The position numbers were made by a program, and so were the translations under genes. The notes under the pieces are model-generated. The model saw only the letters and a list, made by a program, of their open reading frames with translations. It was not told the DNA's origin and did not search any database. A DNA stretch of 63,058 nucleotides, the filler included, from Hyphochytrium catenoides (Eukaryota; Protista; Hyphochytriomycota), in assembly GCA_900088475.1 (NCBI GenBank). It is 6 parts of 6 records of this genome, joined end to end, with 100 filler letters (N's around TTAATTAATTAA, not from the genome) between each part and the next. Parts side by side here need not be neighbours in the genome. Positions count along the whole stretch, not along the records: positions 1 to 22,537 come from FLMG01002351.1; positions 22,638 to 34,285 come from FLMG01000063.1; 4 more parts are not named here. One strand, given 5' to 3'. This document shows positions 13,206-25,381 of the stretch, piece by piece (position 1 is the first letter of the stretch; each line of letters opens with the position of its first letter).

Positions 13206-14207
13206 TTACTCTCCGCATATATGGCCCATCACCACTCTCCTCTTCTGACCCTCAGACAAGATACCCTTGAAGCCAGGGATATCATAGTAAGACCTCCCAC
13301 AGCGCTTGTTATCAGTCTCCATAATGTTAAAGACCCAGATAAGATTGTCTTCGTCCACCTTCTCGCCCTTTGAGACCCAAAATAGCACTTCATAGTGAGG
13401 ACTCAGCGTTAGAATCTTTGCCAGTTTGCTCCACAGCGGCACGCCACACTTGATGTTGATGGCATAGATAACAGGCGTGTTGTCCTTCGTCTTCTCAGTT
13501 ACCAAGCGCGTCAGTGCCTTCATTGACTCATCATCTGGACAGTCGTCGCTGTCAGACTGCCAGCCTACTGATGCTGTCCCAGAAGGGACAAGGGCGACTT
13601 GCTGGAAAAATATGTCTGGATCGACCAGCAGTGTGCAGCCTGACTTGGCACATTGTACATCCGCGTTGAGCATTACCGTCACTTGCAGCCCTTGGCGAAT
13701 GTGCTTGTTAATGGCTGGAATAGAGTTTACCATCGCGGTCGTGTCTTTGAAGTCCAACTTGAGGATGTGCTCGCGTCTTTGATTAAAGGAAGAGCGAGAA
13801 ATCTCCTCTAAGAACTCATCTACTGAGAGGTCTCCTGCATTGGGAGGGTGTCCCACCAGTGCAAGGTTCTTCTCTCTGTCCAACATGACATCTACCTCGA
13901 TGGCTGTGATGTCCTTGTCCTTCAGCACAGCCGCGAGATTCTCTTTACTATTTACGCCATGGGCCCAGACGGTTCCGAGCTTTGCAGCTTGCTTACTTTG
14001 AAGCAGTGGATATCGAATTTCTTTCTTGGTCTGACTTGTTCTCAACGTTGAACCTCCATAGGAAAAGCGAGAGAAAAGCGACGTGAAGTCCCACACGAAG
14101 GTTGAGATAAGGAAGTACAAGGTTACCAAGCCAACCAGTAGTCCCACCCAGGAGAACGGAGCCTTCTTTTGCTTTGGTGGCATACGAGGCATCCGTCTCT
14201 GGTTCAT
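13206..14207 (-). CDS. FAM151/menorin-like (DUF2181, PLC-like phosphodiesterase fold) type II membrane protein; single coding exon
   Basis: 333-aa ORF; N-terminal TM (WVGLLVGLVTLYFLISTFVW); motifs WAHGVNS, IEVDV, GHPP, LKLDFK, LNADV characteristic of FAM151. Confidence 0.85.
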   Translation of the reverse strand: MNQRRMPRMPPKQKKAPFSWVGLLVGLVTLYFLISTFVWDFTSLFSRFSYGGSTLRTSQTKKEIRYPLLQSKQAAKLGTVWAHGVNSKENLAAVLKDKDITAIEVDVMLDREKNLALVGHPPNAGDLSVDEFLEEISRSSFNQRREHILKLDFKDTTAMVNSIPAINKHIRQGLQVTVMLNADVQCAKSGCTLLVDPDIFFQQVALVPSGTASVGWQSDSDDCPDDESMKALTRLVTEKTKDNTPVIYAINIKCGVPLWSKLAKILTLSPHYEVLFWVSKGEKVDEDNLIWVFNIMETDNKRCGRSYYDIPGFKGILSEGQKRRVVMGHICGE

Positions 14208-14749
14208 GATTCTTAAATACTTCAGACTCCACAGGAATTCCTTCGAGTCACGGTGATCGACGGCTCTTTAGCCTCTGTCACATGCAGGAATGTGTCTGTA
14301 CTCTAGCTGTTAGGAACCCTTGACCTGGCTGCACAGGCCCCGTATATTCGTTGATGACTGAATCAGGAGAAGCTAGACTACAAGGAGGACGAACGGCTGC
14401 ATTTCAGTATGGGTCTCCCTTCCTAGTCTTCTAACTTCGATGAAGCTGGCTTTCAAAGAGGGGTGGCTTCACCTATCCATCATCCGCAGACTCAAACAAG
14501 GCTCCAAGTCTCAAGATCCCATCAAAAGTGAAGATTGCAGATGAAGATTATCGCGAATGACAAAGCCCATACCAAAACGGTCCAATGGAACTGATTAATC
14601 TATATACTGATACCTCTCTAGTTATTTCTGGCTGTTTCCAGTCATCCTCCAGGGGTTGGTGTATGGTGTTTGTCCTCCCTTCTGTGGTTTCGACGTCAGC
14701 AGAGGTTCCACGGCTGGGAGTTGAAGCCAGGGACGGGGAGAGGGGACAA

Positions 14750-14752
14750 AAG

Positions 14753-14783
<31 letters not shown>

Positions 14784-14821
14784 GAAGAGAGAGAGAGGAA
14801 GAGAGAGAGAGAAAGAGAGGA

Positions 14822-14852
<31 letters not shown>

Positions 14853-14941
14853 TGAAAGAGAGAGAGGACGAGGAGATAGAGCAAGGGGGAAGAAAGAGAA
14901 AAGAGAGAGAGAGAGAGAGAGAAAGAGAGCGAGAGAGCGAA

Positions 14942-14978
<37 letters not shown>

Positions 14979-15180
14979 AATGAAAGAGAGAGAGGACGAG
15001 GAGATAGAGCAAGGGGGAAGAGAGAGAAAAGAGAGAGAGAGCGAGAGAGACAGAGAGAGAGTTAGAGAGAGAGAGGGAGAGAGAAATGAAAGGGACGAGA
15101 AAGACGAGGAGAGAGAGCATGGGGAAGAGAGGGAAACCGAGAGAGGAAGAGAGAAACATTACTGGAGAGACAGAGAGACG
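14750..15180. repeat. GA-rich tract containing a duplicated unit (TGAAAGAGAGAGAGGACGAGGAGATAGAGCAAGGGGGAAG) at ~14852 and ~14981
   Basis: Direct inspection. Confidence 0.85.
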
Positions 15181-15645
15181 AAGTGACCGAACTGGCACAG
15201 TAAGAACCAAGACAGAGACAGAGACTAAGGTACCAGCGTCACAATCACTCTGACTCGCATTCTGCCGCTCAACAGATGAAGCTCAGCAGATCTCTTCTGG
15301 TCAGAGCTCTCATTTGAGATTCAATAAAACTCCATCTGAGAGCGCTTCTCTAGTTTATAGACCCACCACGGAGCCAATGGTGTATGCTTGCATTAACAAT
15401 AGTAAGAACTCTGTTTGACGCCATCAGTAGTGGCTGAGACCCTGTGAGGAAGAAAGACGGGAACTGGAGAGAGATGGCAACCAGAGAAGATTACGTTTGA
15501 TCCTACAGCGCTGCCACTATCGAGGTCAGTGACAGGATTGACATTGCCTTTCTGTCTCTGAGCTCTTCAGCCTGTGATAGTTAGGTTTAAAGCTGACTCT
15601 TTGGTTGCCTATAGGTGCACTTTCTGGTTAGCTTGAGCAGGAAGG

Positions 15646-16401
15646 ATGACACAGAGCCATGGCGTAGGAGCTATCTTGGACCGGCTGGGCCGCTCACTGC
15701 GACAGAGAGTAAGTCAGCGCGTATGTGTCTGTCAAAGTGTATGGAAAGCTCACTGTTTTCTTAGGTGGTTGAGCTCTCGCAGCCCAGCGCTGTCTACAGA
15801 GACAAATTAGAGGAAGAGTTCATGGTACATATCGTCCTACTTCCTTCTCTAGACCCTCTGTCTTCTTATTCCTCTCCATCCAGCTCTGCATCTCTAGCCT
15901 TTAAAGCTCCTCAGAAACTTCCTCGTCCTGCGTGAGTGACGTTGCTCCGCTTACAGGGAATATTATATGAGACCGAGCTGGCCCCTGGCTATGCCGCTGG
16001 ACTGACCAAGCAGACGTGCTGGACTCAAAGAAAGAATCGTTATCAGGACGTCATCCCACGTACGCCTTTCTTACAATGCTCGTCCAGATCCTAGCTCTTC
16101 TCCCTTCGTGGGCCTCATCTCCACTTCATTCTTCTTGGCCCCTATTCCTCTCTTTTCTTCTGTAGCGTACCTAAGCTAGCTTTTCAGACTCTGACTTCCT
16201 TACACACTGGTTACCTTGGCTACGACGCTCTCACTTTCTTATGGTCGCTGTGCCATAAGGCTGCGCCTAACCGCTGTCCTTCCCTTAGTTGAGATGACTA
16301 GAGTGAAGCTAGATTGTGGACGCGGAGAGGCTGCTGGAGACTATATCAACGCTAGCCACATCAAGGTTATTGCTAGCTCTTTCGCTGTCCTCCTCCTCCT
16401 C

Positions 16402-16435
<34 letters not shown>

Positions 16436-18392
16436 TGGGGCGTTCTCCTCACCTTCCTGCGGCTCAGCCCCATTTTTTGTTTGTTCGGCCTCCCTCTGTC
16501 AACTACTTCGTCTCAGCAGCTGATGACGTGGGTCTTAGGTGGACGGACCAGAGTCTTCAGGATGTTATATAGCTGCGAGTGCCCCTATCCCCTCAGTCAT
16601 TGGAGATTTCTGGCAAATGGTGTGGGAGTACAAGGTGGAGCTAATAGTTATGCTTACTAGATGCGTCGAGGGCCACAGAGTAAGTGTCTCAGCAGATGAG
16701 CTTGGCCTTTCGTTTGGTGTGCTACTGGTTCTTCCGTCATACCCTCTGCAGGCTGAGTCTATCAACCGCTTCCCTTCCCCAACCGCTAAACCTAACGGAG
16801 TGACTGGGACAGTATCTGACCTTTGCTCCCTTCCAAGTGCTTCTAGCTTCTACTGATATATGAAGTCACTCATAAGAGTGAGGAATAGCTTCTCACTACG
16901 CTAATTGCTGCTTGCGGTTAAATGTCAGGTGAAGGCGGATCAATATTGGCCCAGTCCTGGGGCTGCGATGGACTGGGGCTCCTATTCCGTTATTAGCGCA
17001 GGAGAGGAGGTCGTGGCAGAAGGCGTAACAAAGCGGTAAGGGCGAGCCGGGAGTCTCTGCACGTTCAACTATCTATGGCGTTCATCGCTGGAAGGTATAC
17101 TTCTTCAAAACTCATAGAGACCGTCAATGCTTAGGACTTTGACTCTCCAGAAGGCAGCATCCGCTAGAACTGTGACTCAACTACAGGTAAGGAAGCGTTG
17201 CTTAAATTCTGGAATGCTACCGCAGAGCACACTTTTGTCGATGACGATAAGAAGGGCAAGGAGTGTCTCCATGCTTGTTTATCAAGCTGCTCTCCCCCAT
17301 TTTTGACACCATTTTATTGCTCCCCTTTTCACATTGAGGAGATCTCTCCTCCTTTCCTCTTCCCAGCATGTTCCAAGTACGTCAGCCAGCGGGTCTTCTA
17401 ACTCTTTCTGTCCCACAGTTCTCCGCTTGGCCAGATCATGGCGTTCCCAAGGACTATATGGCCCTGAATGCACTTCTCACCAGTTACCATGAGCTTCGGG
17501 GTCCAACTCCATTGAGCCCAGCTCTAATCCATTGCAGGTGCTTTCCACTTGGAGAGAGAGTGACAGAGCTCCAAGCTTCGAAATGCCCGCGCTTCTACTT
17601 TGTTGCCAATGCGCTATCTTTCACAACCGCATACCGCGTTTCCATACCTAAGTTCCAGCCCCTTTAGAAGTTTGAGTTGTCTCTACCTCCTTGTTGACGA
17701 GGGTCGTCTGTGCTTTCCTAGCGCTGGCATTGGCCGGACAGGGAGCTTTATTGCGTTAGATGTAATATCACGGCGGTTGAGCTATTGGAAGCAAGCGCTG
17801 TGTAATGCTACGACGAAGGATGAGTTAGAGCATGCTGCAAAGGTACGATTCATCTGCGCAATCCATGGGAAGATAGAGGGCATCGTCACAAAGAGTCAAA
17901 TAGCAGTAAGGGTAATCGATACAGAGACTTACCGACAGGAAGTAGAACCCAGCAGGCTGACAGGAGATATGATGGAGGAAGAGTGAGAGAGAAAGGGCAG
18001 CGGACACTGGTCTCCTCTGATAGCTGAGGACTCCTGTCTTCTATGGCTCTAGGGATTAGAGTCCGCAGTCGACATTCCTGACATAGTTAAGCAACTGAAG
18101 CTTCAGCGGCCCGGGATGGTGCAGGTAAAGGTGAGTACCGACGGGTAATTAAGGAGAAGGCGGACTCGTTTAGCCTCTAGTAAACCTCCATCCGGGCTCT
18201 TGACCTAGTTCTCACGCACTCTTCCAGCTCTACTTCCTTAGACTTTTTTCTTTCGATTCTTTTTCCTCCCTGTCCCTTGCACGGGCGTCCAGATCTCTCA
18301 ATCGCACTTTCGTCTTTGTGTCTTTGTAGGAGCAATACTACTTAATCTACCGCTATACACTGCTGGAGCTGCTTCCCAGGATCTTCTCATGA
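15646..18392 (+). CDS. Classical (pTyr-specific) non-receptor protein tyrosine phosphatase, multi-exon
   Basis: KNRYQDVIP, DYINAS, DFWQMVWE, KADQYWP, WPDHGVP, HC|SAGIGRTG (split by an intron), QRPGMVQVK|EQY; stop 18390-18392. The start at 15646 is the first in-frame ATG after an upstream in-frame stop. Confidence 0.93.
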
Positions 18393-18545
18393 TAAGTCAT
18401 TGTGCACTGTTTCACTATTTAAACCTTATAATGTACCAAAGCACACCCCTCTCCCCGTCTGGTCTCTTATCTGCATCTCTTGGCTTGCGTTGTGACTCTT
18501 GACGCTTCTTCTTTCTTATCTTTTCTTTCTGAATCTGTCCTCTTC

Positions 18546-20376
18546 TCACTTGTTCAGCATAAATCTTTGTGCTCTGAGCTGTTGCTTTGTCTTCTCAAGC
18601 TCTAGTTCTTCCTTCGACTTGGCTCCAAGGAACCGCTCAGCTCTGCGCTGCTTCTTCTCTGCCTCCTGTACCACCCAAAAGAGAGAGAGAGTATAGTAAG
18701 AGTGGGAGGTTGTCAAGGACGACGCATTGGTTAGGGAAGTAGTGAGACAGTCGTCCTTAGAAGGTGAAGAATGGGCAGACATCCAGCCTTTCGACTTCTG
18801 AATGGTCCTTGCATCTTACCACTTCTGGCGTTAACAATCCAAAGCGCTCTGCTCTCTTCTTCTTCCTCTCCACCACTTCATCCGGGTTGGCAGCAGCTGC
18901 TAGGAGCGCAGCGTGATGTCAGACTCACTGAAAATCACTGAAAAACATACGGCCAAGAGAGGATGATGTCTAAAAAGGATCTTAAGGGGTAAAGCTGGTA
19001 CAATTGGACTGGGGATGTAAGTCAGACACGGGCGAAGGGGACGACAGTGCGATTTCCAAGGTCCGAAGAGACCAAGAGACAGAAGTGGCCGGGCTTAGAA
19101 GGTGGGATACACTAGCGAGATAGGTAGGACTGTAAGAATTTGTCAAGCCCGCACCTGGCACCCCGAACCGCGCTGCTCTCTCAGCCTTCTTCTGCTCTTC
19201 GGTCTTGGGGATTCCAAACCTCTCAGCTCTAGACTGGCGCTTCTTCTCTTGAGCCGACAGCTAATTGCAGCCAGATTGAAAGGGGACCCGTTAGCTGAGA
19301 GACTTGAACATCATCAGCCTCAAGGGGAGAAGGTGGTTGGATGGACAAGTGAGGCAAGATAGAAGATAGTCTGAAGGATGCAGACACCGCAGCTAGCCAT
19401 AGGTTGGAGTGCCAAGAATAGTAAGCCGCACTAGAGCAAGAAGGGCAAATGGGGAGGTGGCGATGCCATTACCAGCTCGCTGATGGCCTTTGGAGACGTA
19501 GTAAGGGCAACTGCAGTCTTAGGAGAGAGGACCGCAACTTTCTCCTGCGTTCCATCTGTCTTTGAAGTCGGAGCAGTCGCACTCTTAGCCTCCGCTGGAG
19601 CCTTAGCATCTGGTCGCTGAGTTGCCGTGGTCGGGGCTGCTTTGGCCGCTTTTGGAGCTGCAGCAGGCTTGCTGGCAACAGGCTGAGAAGCAGCAGAAGA
19701 TGTAGAAGCAGTTGAAGCAGAGCCAGCCTTTGGAGACGTGACACCATGGGCTTTCTTTGGTGTTTTGGATGGCTGGGTCTTGGACTCTTCTACGGAGACA
19801 GTTCCAATAGCTGCAGGCACGTAGGGTAAGAGAGTGCCAGTTGGGTACGTAAGCCGCGGGACGACAAGGAGAGCGAGATAAGTGCTAACAGACTCGGCAG
19901 AGCTTGGCAAACGAAGCAAGAACAGGGGCATCAATAAGCAAGCAGGGAAGGGGAAGCGTACAGAGAGCACGCAGAACGGAGGATAGGAGTTAAAAGAAAT
20001 AGGTGGAGAGACAGAGAGAGAGACACGGTTGCCTATGCTTTTCAGCTGAGCAATATATAGATGCTGCTACTAGAGCTAAGGCCCACCTTCATCGTCCTCT
20101 AATCCGCCTCCAAACTCTTCCTCGTCCAGAGCCGCTTCTAACTTTGTTATAAGATCGGCCTTTACGCCGCTCGAGTCCAGGCCTGGTACGGAAACAGCAG
20201 GATGAGACGGATCAAGGGGAGAGTGGAAGAACTGTAGCAAGGTAAAGCCATGAAAGTACTATCGGAGGCTGAAGAGTGAGTGCGGTACATATATATCTTT
20301 AAGGCCGTCCTCTACCTCGAGCATTGAGTGCCTCCCTCAGCTCCGCAACCTTCATCTTCCTAGGCTCCAGCGTCAT
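18546..20376 (-). CDS. SAP-domain ribonucleoprotein (SARNP/Tho1/MOS11-like)
   Basis: N-terminal SAP domain MKVAELREALNARG|LDSSGVKADLITKLEAAL; Ala/Pro/Thr/Lys linker; C-terminal repeated RAERF motifs (KKKRAERFG, KKQRRAERFL, LRAQRF). Confidence 0.85.
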
Positions 20377-21400
20377 TGTTCCTGCGTACTATAGCTCGTG
20401 CAGCTAGCAGAAGTAGAGCCTACGATTGTCCTGTCCTAGAACCAGAGTGTTCACCTAACTACTTTCCGGCAGGACCGTCCTTGCTCACTAGTAACTATAC
20501 GCTTCGCAAGGCGAATTACCTCGATCACAGGGCGGGCTAGGAAATTTATTTCAAAGGCTAGGCGGACGTCAGCACCCGATGTTCTGCCTAAGAAAGCCTC
20601 CTCTTGCTTATATTATGCCTCTTCTCTTGGCTGTGGAGCTCCATCTCCTCTCCCAAAAAATCTGCAGCTTTCATCGGCTAAAATCTGCATCAAAAATCTT
20701 CACCACACCTACGAAAGCTCGCAAAACTCAGTCCAGAGCTCCTCCAGTATCTAAAGAGTTTCTCACAAGGGGAAGCTAACGGCTATATTAAATATTCGTT
20801 AAAGGCTACTTAAAGCCAAAATGGCCGTTACGCTGGCGAAGAACTGAGGCATCCAGGTCTGGGAGTCAGCACTCGCTTGGACCAGTNNNNNNNNNNNNNN
20901 NNNNNNNNNNNNNNNNNNNNNNNNNNNNNNNNNNNNNNNNNNNNNNNNNNNNNNNNNNNNNNNNNNNNNNNNNNNNNNNNNNNNAGAGAGAGGGGGAAAT
21001 ATCTTAGCACCGAAAGTTAAACTGTGGAGAGGCTAAAGGGAGAGAGACAAAAACAAAAAGAAGACAGGCACAGGACAAGGGAGAGTTGCACTCGAGACAG
21101 AGGGAATCTGGAAGAGAGAAGAGAGAGAGAGAGAGGTGCCAAGAGGAGGGAATAGCCCCAATATGGTACACAGAAGGAGAAAAGGGGTAGGAGCGGTGGT
21201 GGGAGCGAGAGACAGAGCGCGATGGCTACGTAGAGGTGGCGACTAACGGTTTCTGCTGCGAGGAAGATAAGTAGCTTGTCGTCCGTCTCAAAGCGTTAAT
21301 TGGCCATCTGCGGGAGGTAGAGAGAGCCTTTACTGCCTTTCTGACCAATTGATAGGAACTAATAAGGAAGACAAGCACTTTGGTCACTCTTTCTTCTCTG

Positions 21401-21432
<32 letters not shown>

Positions 21433-22581
21433 TCGTTGCTTCTGCTTTGGTACTCTCCTGACTGCTGGTCGTGGCGCGGTTCCTGCTGGAAGAAAGCGCT
21501 CTTTCTCCTCGGTAGAAAAGCTAGATGCAGAGAGATTGAAGACGAGCAACACCACCTGTCTGCTAGCGATCCTGCAGGTCTTCTGAGAAGAGAGAAAGGG
21601 ACAGTAGATAGGCGAGAAAAAGAGAAAAGACCACACACAGAGAGAGAGAGGGAGTATAGCAGGATAAGACACTGCACTCACGGAAGAGAGAGAGAGAGAG
21701 AGAGAGAAAGAAAGAGAGAAAGCAAGAGGGAGGAGAGTCACTTGAGGAGGAAGCCCTGCTTGGGGGCCTAGAGCTATAGCATGGGAACAGTGTAGGCGGC
21801 NNNNNNNNNNNNNNNNNNNNNNNNNNNNNNNNNNNNNNNNNNNNNNNNNNNNNNNNNNNNNTCTCTCTCTCTCTCTTCCCCTCTCTCCCTCTCTCTTTTT
21901 TCCTCTCTCCTTTCGCTCTCCTGCTTGCTCACACGGCCTTTCTCTCTCTCCTTTTCGATGGCTTCATCTCACACTCTTCACTCTCTTTTCCCACCTTCTC
22001 CTTGCTCATCTTCTTTCTCTCCCTTCTCGGTCTTGATGTCTCTTTCTCTCTAGTTTCTTTGTGCTGTCTGCTCTATCTTCCTATCGCTTTTCCGCGGTAG
22101 CCTTCTCGCCATTGACCTGATCTCTGCTGTCCTTTCCCCACAGTTCTCAAAGCTCTTGACCGGGGAATACGTGGCGGAGATAGAGATTCAATGTCCGTCT
22201 CTCCCTCAGTCTGAAGAGACGAGAGATGCGGAGATTCTCCCTTCTGACGTGACGGCCGCCGAAGAGACAGTCAAGAGAGAGACGGACCAAGAAAAGGAAA
22301 GGTTAAGAGGGAAGAAGGCAGCTCCTCGAGGAATGGTGAGTAACGTCTGCCGATTGGAAAGAGAGAAGAGAAGAGAAAGACCGGACCAAGAATCTTAACA
22401 TAAGAGAAAGTGGGGGAGATGGATAGATAGGGGAAGACAACTAAGAAGAGATAAAGAGAGAATGGCCACGGGTGCGCCATGTAGGAAATGAGATTGTGTG
22501 TGTGAGAGAGAGAGAGAGAAAAAGAGGGGGGGGGGGGNNNNNNNNNNNNNNNNNNNNNNNNNNNNNNNNNNNNNNNNNNNN

Positions 22582-22593
22582 TTAATTAATTAA
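22582..22593. other. Artificial scaffold-concatenation linker TTAATTAATTAA within N runs (also at 34330-34341, 49875-49886, 58150-58161, 60077-60088)
   Basis: The same 12-mer, with stops in all six frames, is embedded in N blocks five times. Confidence 0.95.
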
Positions 22594-23295
22594 NNNNNNN
22601 NNNNNNNNNNNNNNNNNNNNNNNNNNNNNNNNNNNNNGAGAGAGAGAGAGAGGAAGGGGGAGGGAGAGAGTGAGTGAGTGAGAGTGAGTAAAAGAGAGAG
22701 GGAGAAGAGAGAGAGAGAGAGAGAGGGGGAAGAGCGTCTGTTAGATTTGAGAGCGTGAGGAAAGAGAGAGAGAAAGGAAAAAAGGCAGAGAGAGAAAGAG
22801 AAAGAGGGACAGAAGAGCCGAGTCCGACGTTCAATGATGACTGTTCTTGATGATAAGTGAGCTCCATCTGCCTGCATCCTTTCGACCGCCATCACTCTAC
22901 TACGCGCCATCGAGTGCATGCCACTAAGCCTAACAGATTTGCTAGGAACAAACTCCATTGGCAAGCTTCTTGGAAGCTGAGGAATGGATTTGGATCTGCG
23001 GTCCTGAGGTCAAGTAAGCCGTATCTTCAGACCGTCATTGAACTGGAGAGGACCCCTCGAGCTGAAGCGGTCACCTCGTCGACCTCAGGAGATCCTTCGG
23101 ACCTAGAGTCCGACCTCGGCGAGCTGTTCTATCTTTGGTGAAGCTCAGAGCTTCCTTGCCGGTGCGGCTTAGCTGATCTATTCTTGGATAGCGAAGATTG
23201 TCTTGGAAAAGAAAGTCGTCTTGTTCCGTCTGTTGGTGGGCTTATGACGGTCACTGGCCTCAAGTAAGGTCAGCCACCTGCATTGCTTCTTAGCC

Positions 23296-25084
23296 ATGAG
23301 GAAGAGCAAGCCTGGTGGCAGCTCTCCTGGTAAGTCAACAACTTAGTGACCCTGAGAATCAGTGGGCCTCATGGTCTTATTCTGACGACTGGAGCCTCTT
23401 CTTGCAGTCCCGAGCGATCGAGAAACGCCAGTTTCACGCTCGAAAGCATCTCCAGGCTGCCGATATGACAGCTCGCTCGGCCTTCTCACCAAAAAGTTCG
23501 TCAATCTCATACAGACTGCTCCTGAAGGGACGTTAGACCTCAATAGTGCCGCAACGACCCTGGGAGTCCAGGTGAGATTGGCTTCGAGGCAGTCAGCAAC
23601 GCTCTTTAACGGGGCCCATAATTCGCTCTTCTCTTTCTTTGCTCTCTCTCTCTCCCCCCTTTTTCTCTCTCTCTCCTTGTCTCTCTCATTCTCTTTTTGT
23701 CTTCTCTCTCTCTCTCTCCCTGTCTCTCTCTCTTTCTTTCGTACTTTTACACTGCTTCGTCCTTTCTTGTCCATTATCTCTCTCTTTCTCTCTCTCTCTC
23801 CCTCTCTCTCTCCCTCCCTCTCTCTCTTTCTCTTTCTCTCTCTCTCTTCTCTCCACTTCCTCCTTCATTCGTCGCTCTTGTCAGCTCCTCACACTTATAA
23901 AACTTCTTTTGTGTCTGCAGAAGCGGCGTATTTATGACATCACGAACGTACTTGAGGGCATTGGCCTGATAGAGAAGAAGTCCAAGAACAACATCCACTG
24001 GAAGTAAGTGCCGGCCAGACAACCAAGCAGTCAAAATCCCACTGATTGAGCCTCAAACCTTCTTCCTCTTTCACTTTTTTCTCCACTGCCGGTCTCTCTA
24101 TCTGCCATTTCTTCCTCGCCATCGCGCTACTCCTGACCCACTCTTGGGTTCTGCTTGCAGTCGCAATTCCTCCCACACTGGCGGTAGCGATGCTCAGAAA
24201 GATGTAGACAGCGTGCGAGCGGACTTGGAACGTCTGCACGAAGAGCAAGTGAGGCTGGACTCTTGGATAGACTATATGGCGCAGCTTAGAGCTGAAGGGG
24301 AGATCCAGGGGAAGAAGGCAAGGCTTGCGCGTCGCTCCTCTGCATCTGCGCTCTCATTCCTCGTGCTAATGCTCCTTCCCTTGAAGGTTCTAGCCATTTA
24401 TCTCTTTTATGCGCTCGTCTCTTTCTTTGCTGCCCTGTTCACTAGACTAACCGTACCACTTTCCTCTAGCTTGCCTTCGTTACCCATGAAGATCTTCGGA
24501 ACTTGCCCGAGCACGACAACAAGACTGTTATTGCCATCAAAGCTCCCAGCGGTACCACGCTGGAGGTGCCAGATCCTGACGAAGGGATGAAGGATGGAAG
24601 AAGGCGCTACGAGATATATATGCAGAGCAAGTCAGGTCCTATAGATATGTTCCTTGTGAGCTCAAAAGTAGGGAATCGAAGTGCGCAAGTGGAGAAGGAT
24701 GCTGCGCCTTTTAGCATCTCTGGAGAGATGGAGCACATGGAGAGAATCCTGGACGCAGATACGCATACCATTGGCACAGCTGACGCCGGGCTGCTCAAGA
24801 TATCACCGCTGAAGGTAATAGATCCACCATCTTCGACGACAAAATGACAAAGACTGAAGATGTTGATGGCTCTGAAATACATTGCAAGCCCTGCCATGGC
24901 ACGTACTTACTTCACCATCTTCCATCTTCGTTTCCAGGCTGACCCTGATTTCACATTCAACTTGGGAGAGAACGAGGGCGTCTCAGACTTCTTCATGTCC
25001 TCTGAACTTGAGACCTTTGCAGCTTCTATTAAGGGCGAAGCGCTAGGAGACGATCACGACTCAATCTTCAAAGATCTTGATTGA
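23296..25084 (+). CDS. E2F: E2F transcription factor (canonical E2F type)
   Basis: [14 protein letters not shown]...[13 protein letters not shown]|[27 protein letters not shown]; marked box [17 protein letters not shown]...GPIDMFLV; C-terminal Rb-binding-like [16 protein letters not shown]. The start is tentative. Confidence 0.93.
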
Positions 25085-25381
25085 CGAGGAGACCTCATGA
25101 CAGCTGAAAGGCTTCCGCCTCCAGCTTGTGTCTGCGGTACCCTCCCACGTGGCGTCCCGCCGTCTGCTGTTCCCTGTCTCTTACTTTCGTCTATTTCTCG
25201 CACAAAGCGCCTTCTCTCTCAATTTCTCTTCTCTAGAAGACAGAGAGTTTGTCATTGATGTTTAGGCCCTGAAGCCCCTTATAAATAAAGAATTGATGCA
25301 CATGCGCAATGTGCCTGTCACAACTAGCCTTAGGTCTCAAATCTCTCTCTCTTTGACCTCATTAGCCTGTCATCAGCGTTT

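Noticed and set aside
22582-22593. Recurrent palindromic TTAATTAATTAA as a biological motif
   Set aside because: Always embedded in N runs; an artificial linker. Adjacency across it is not biological.
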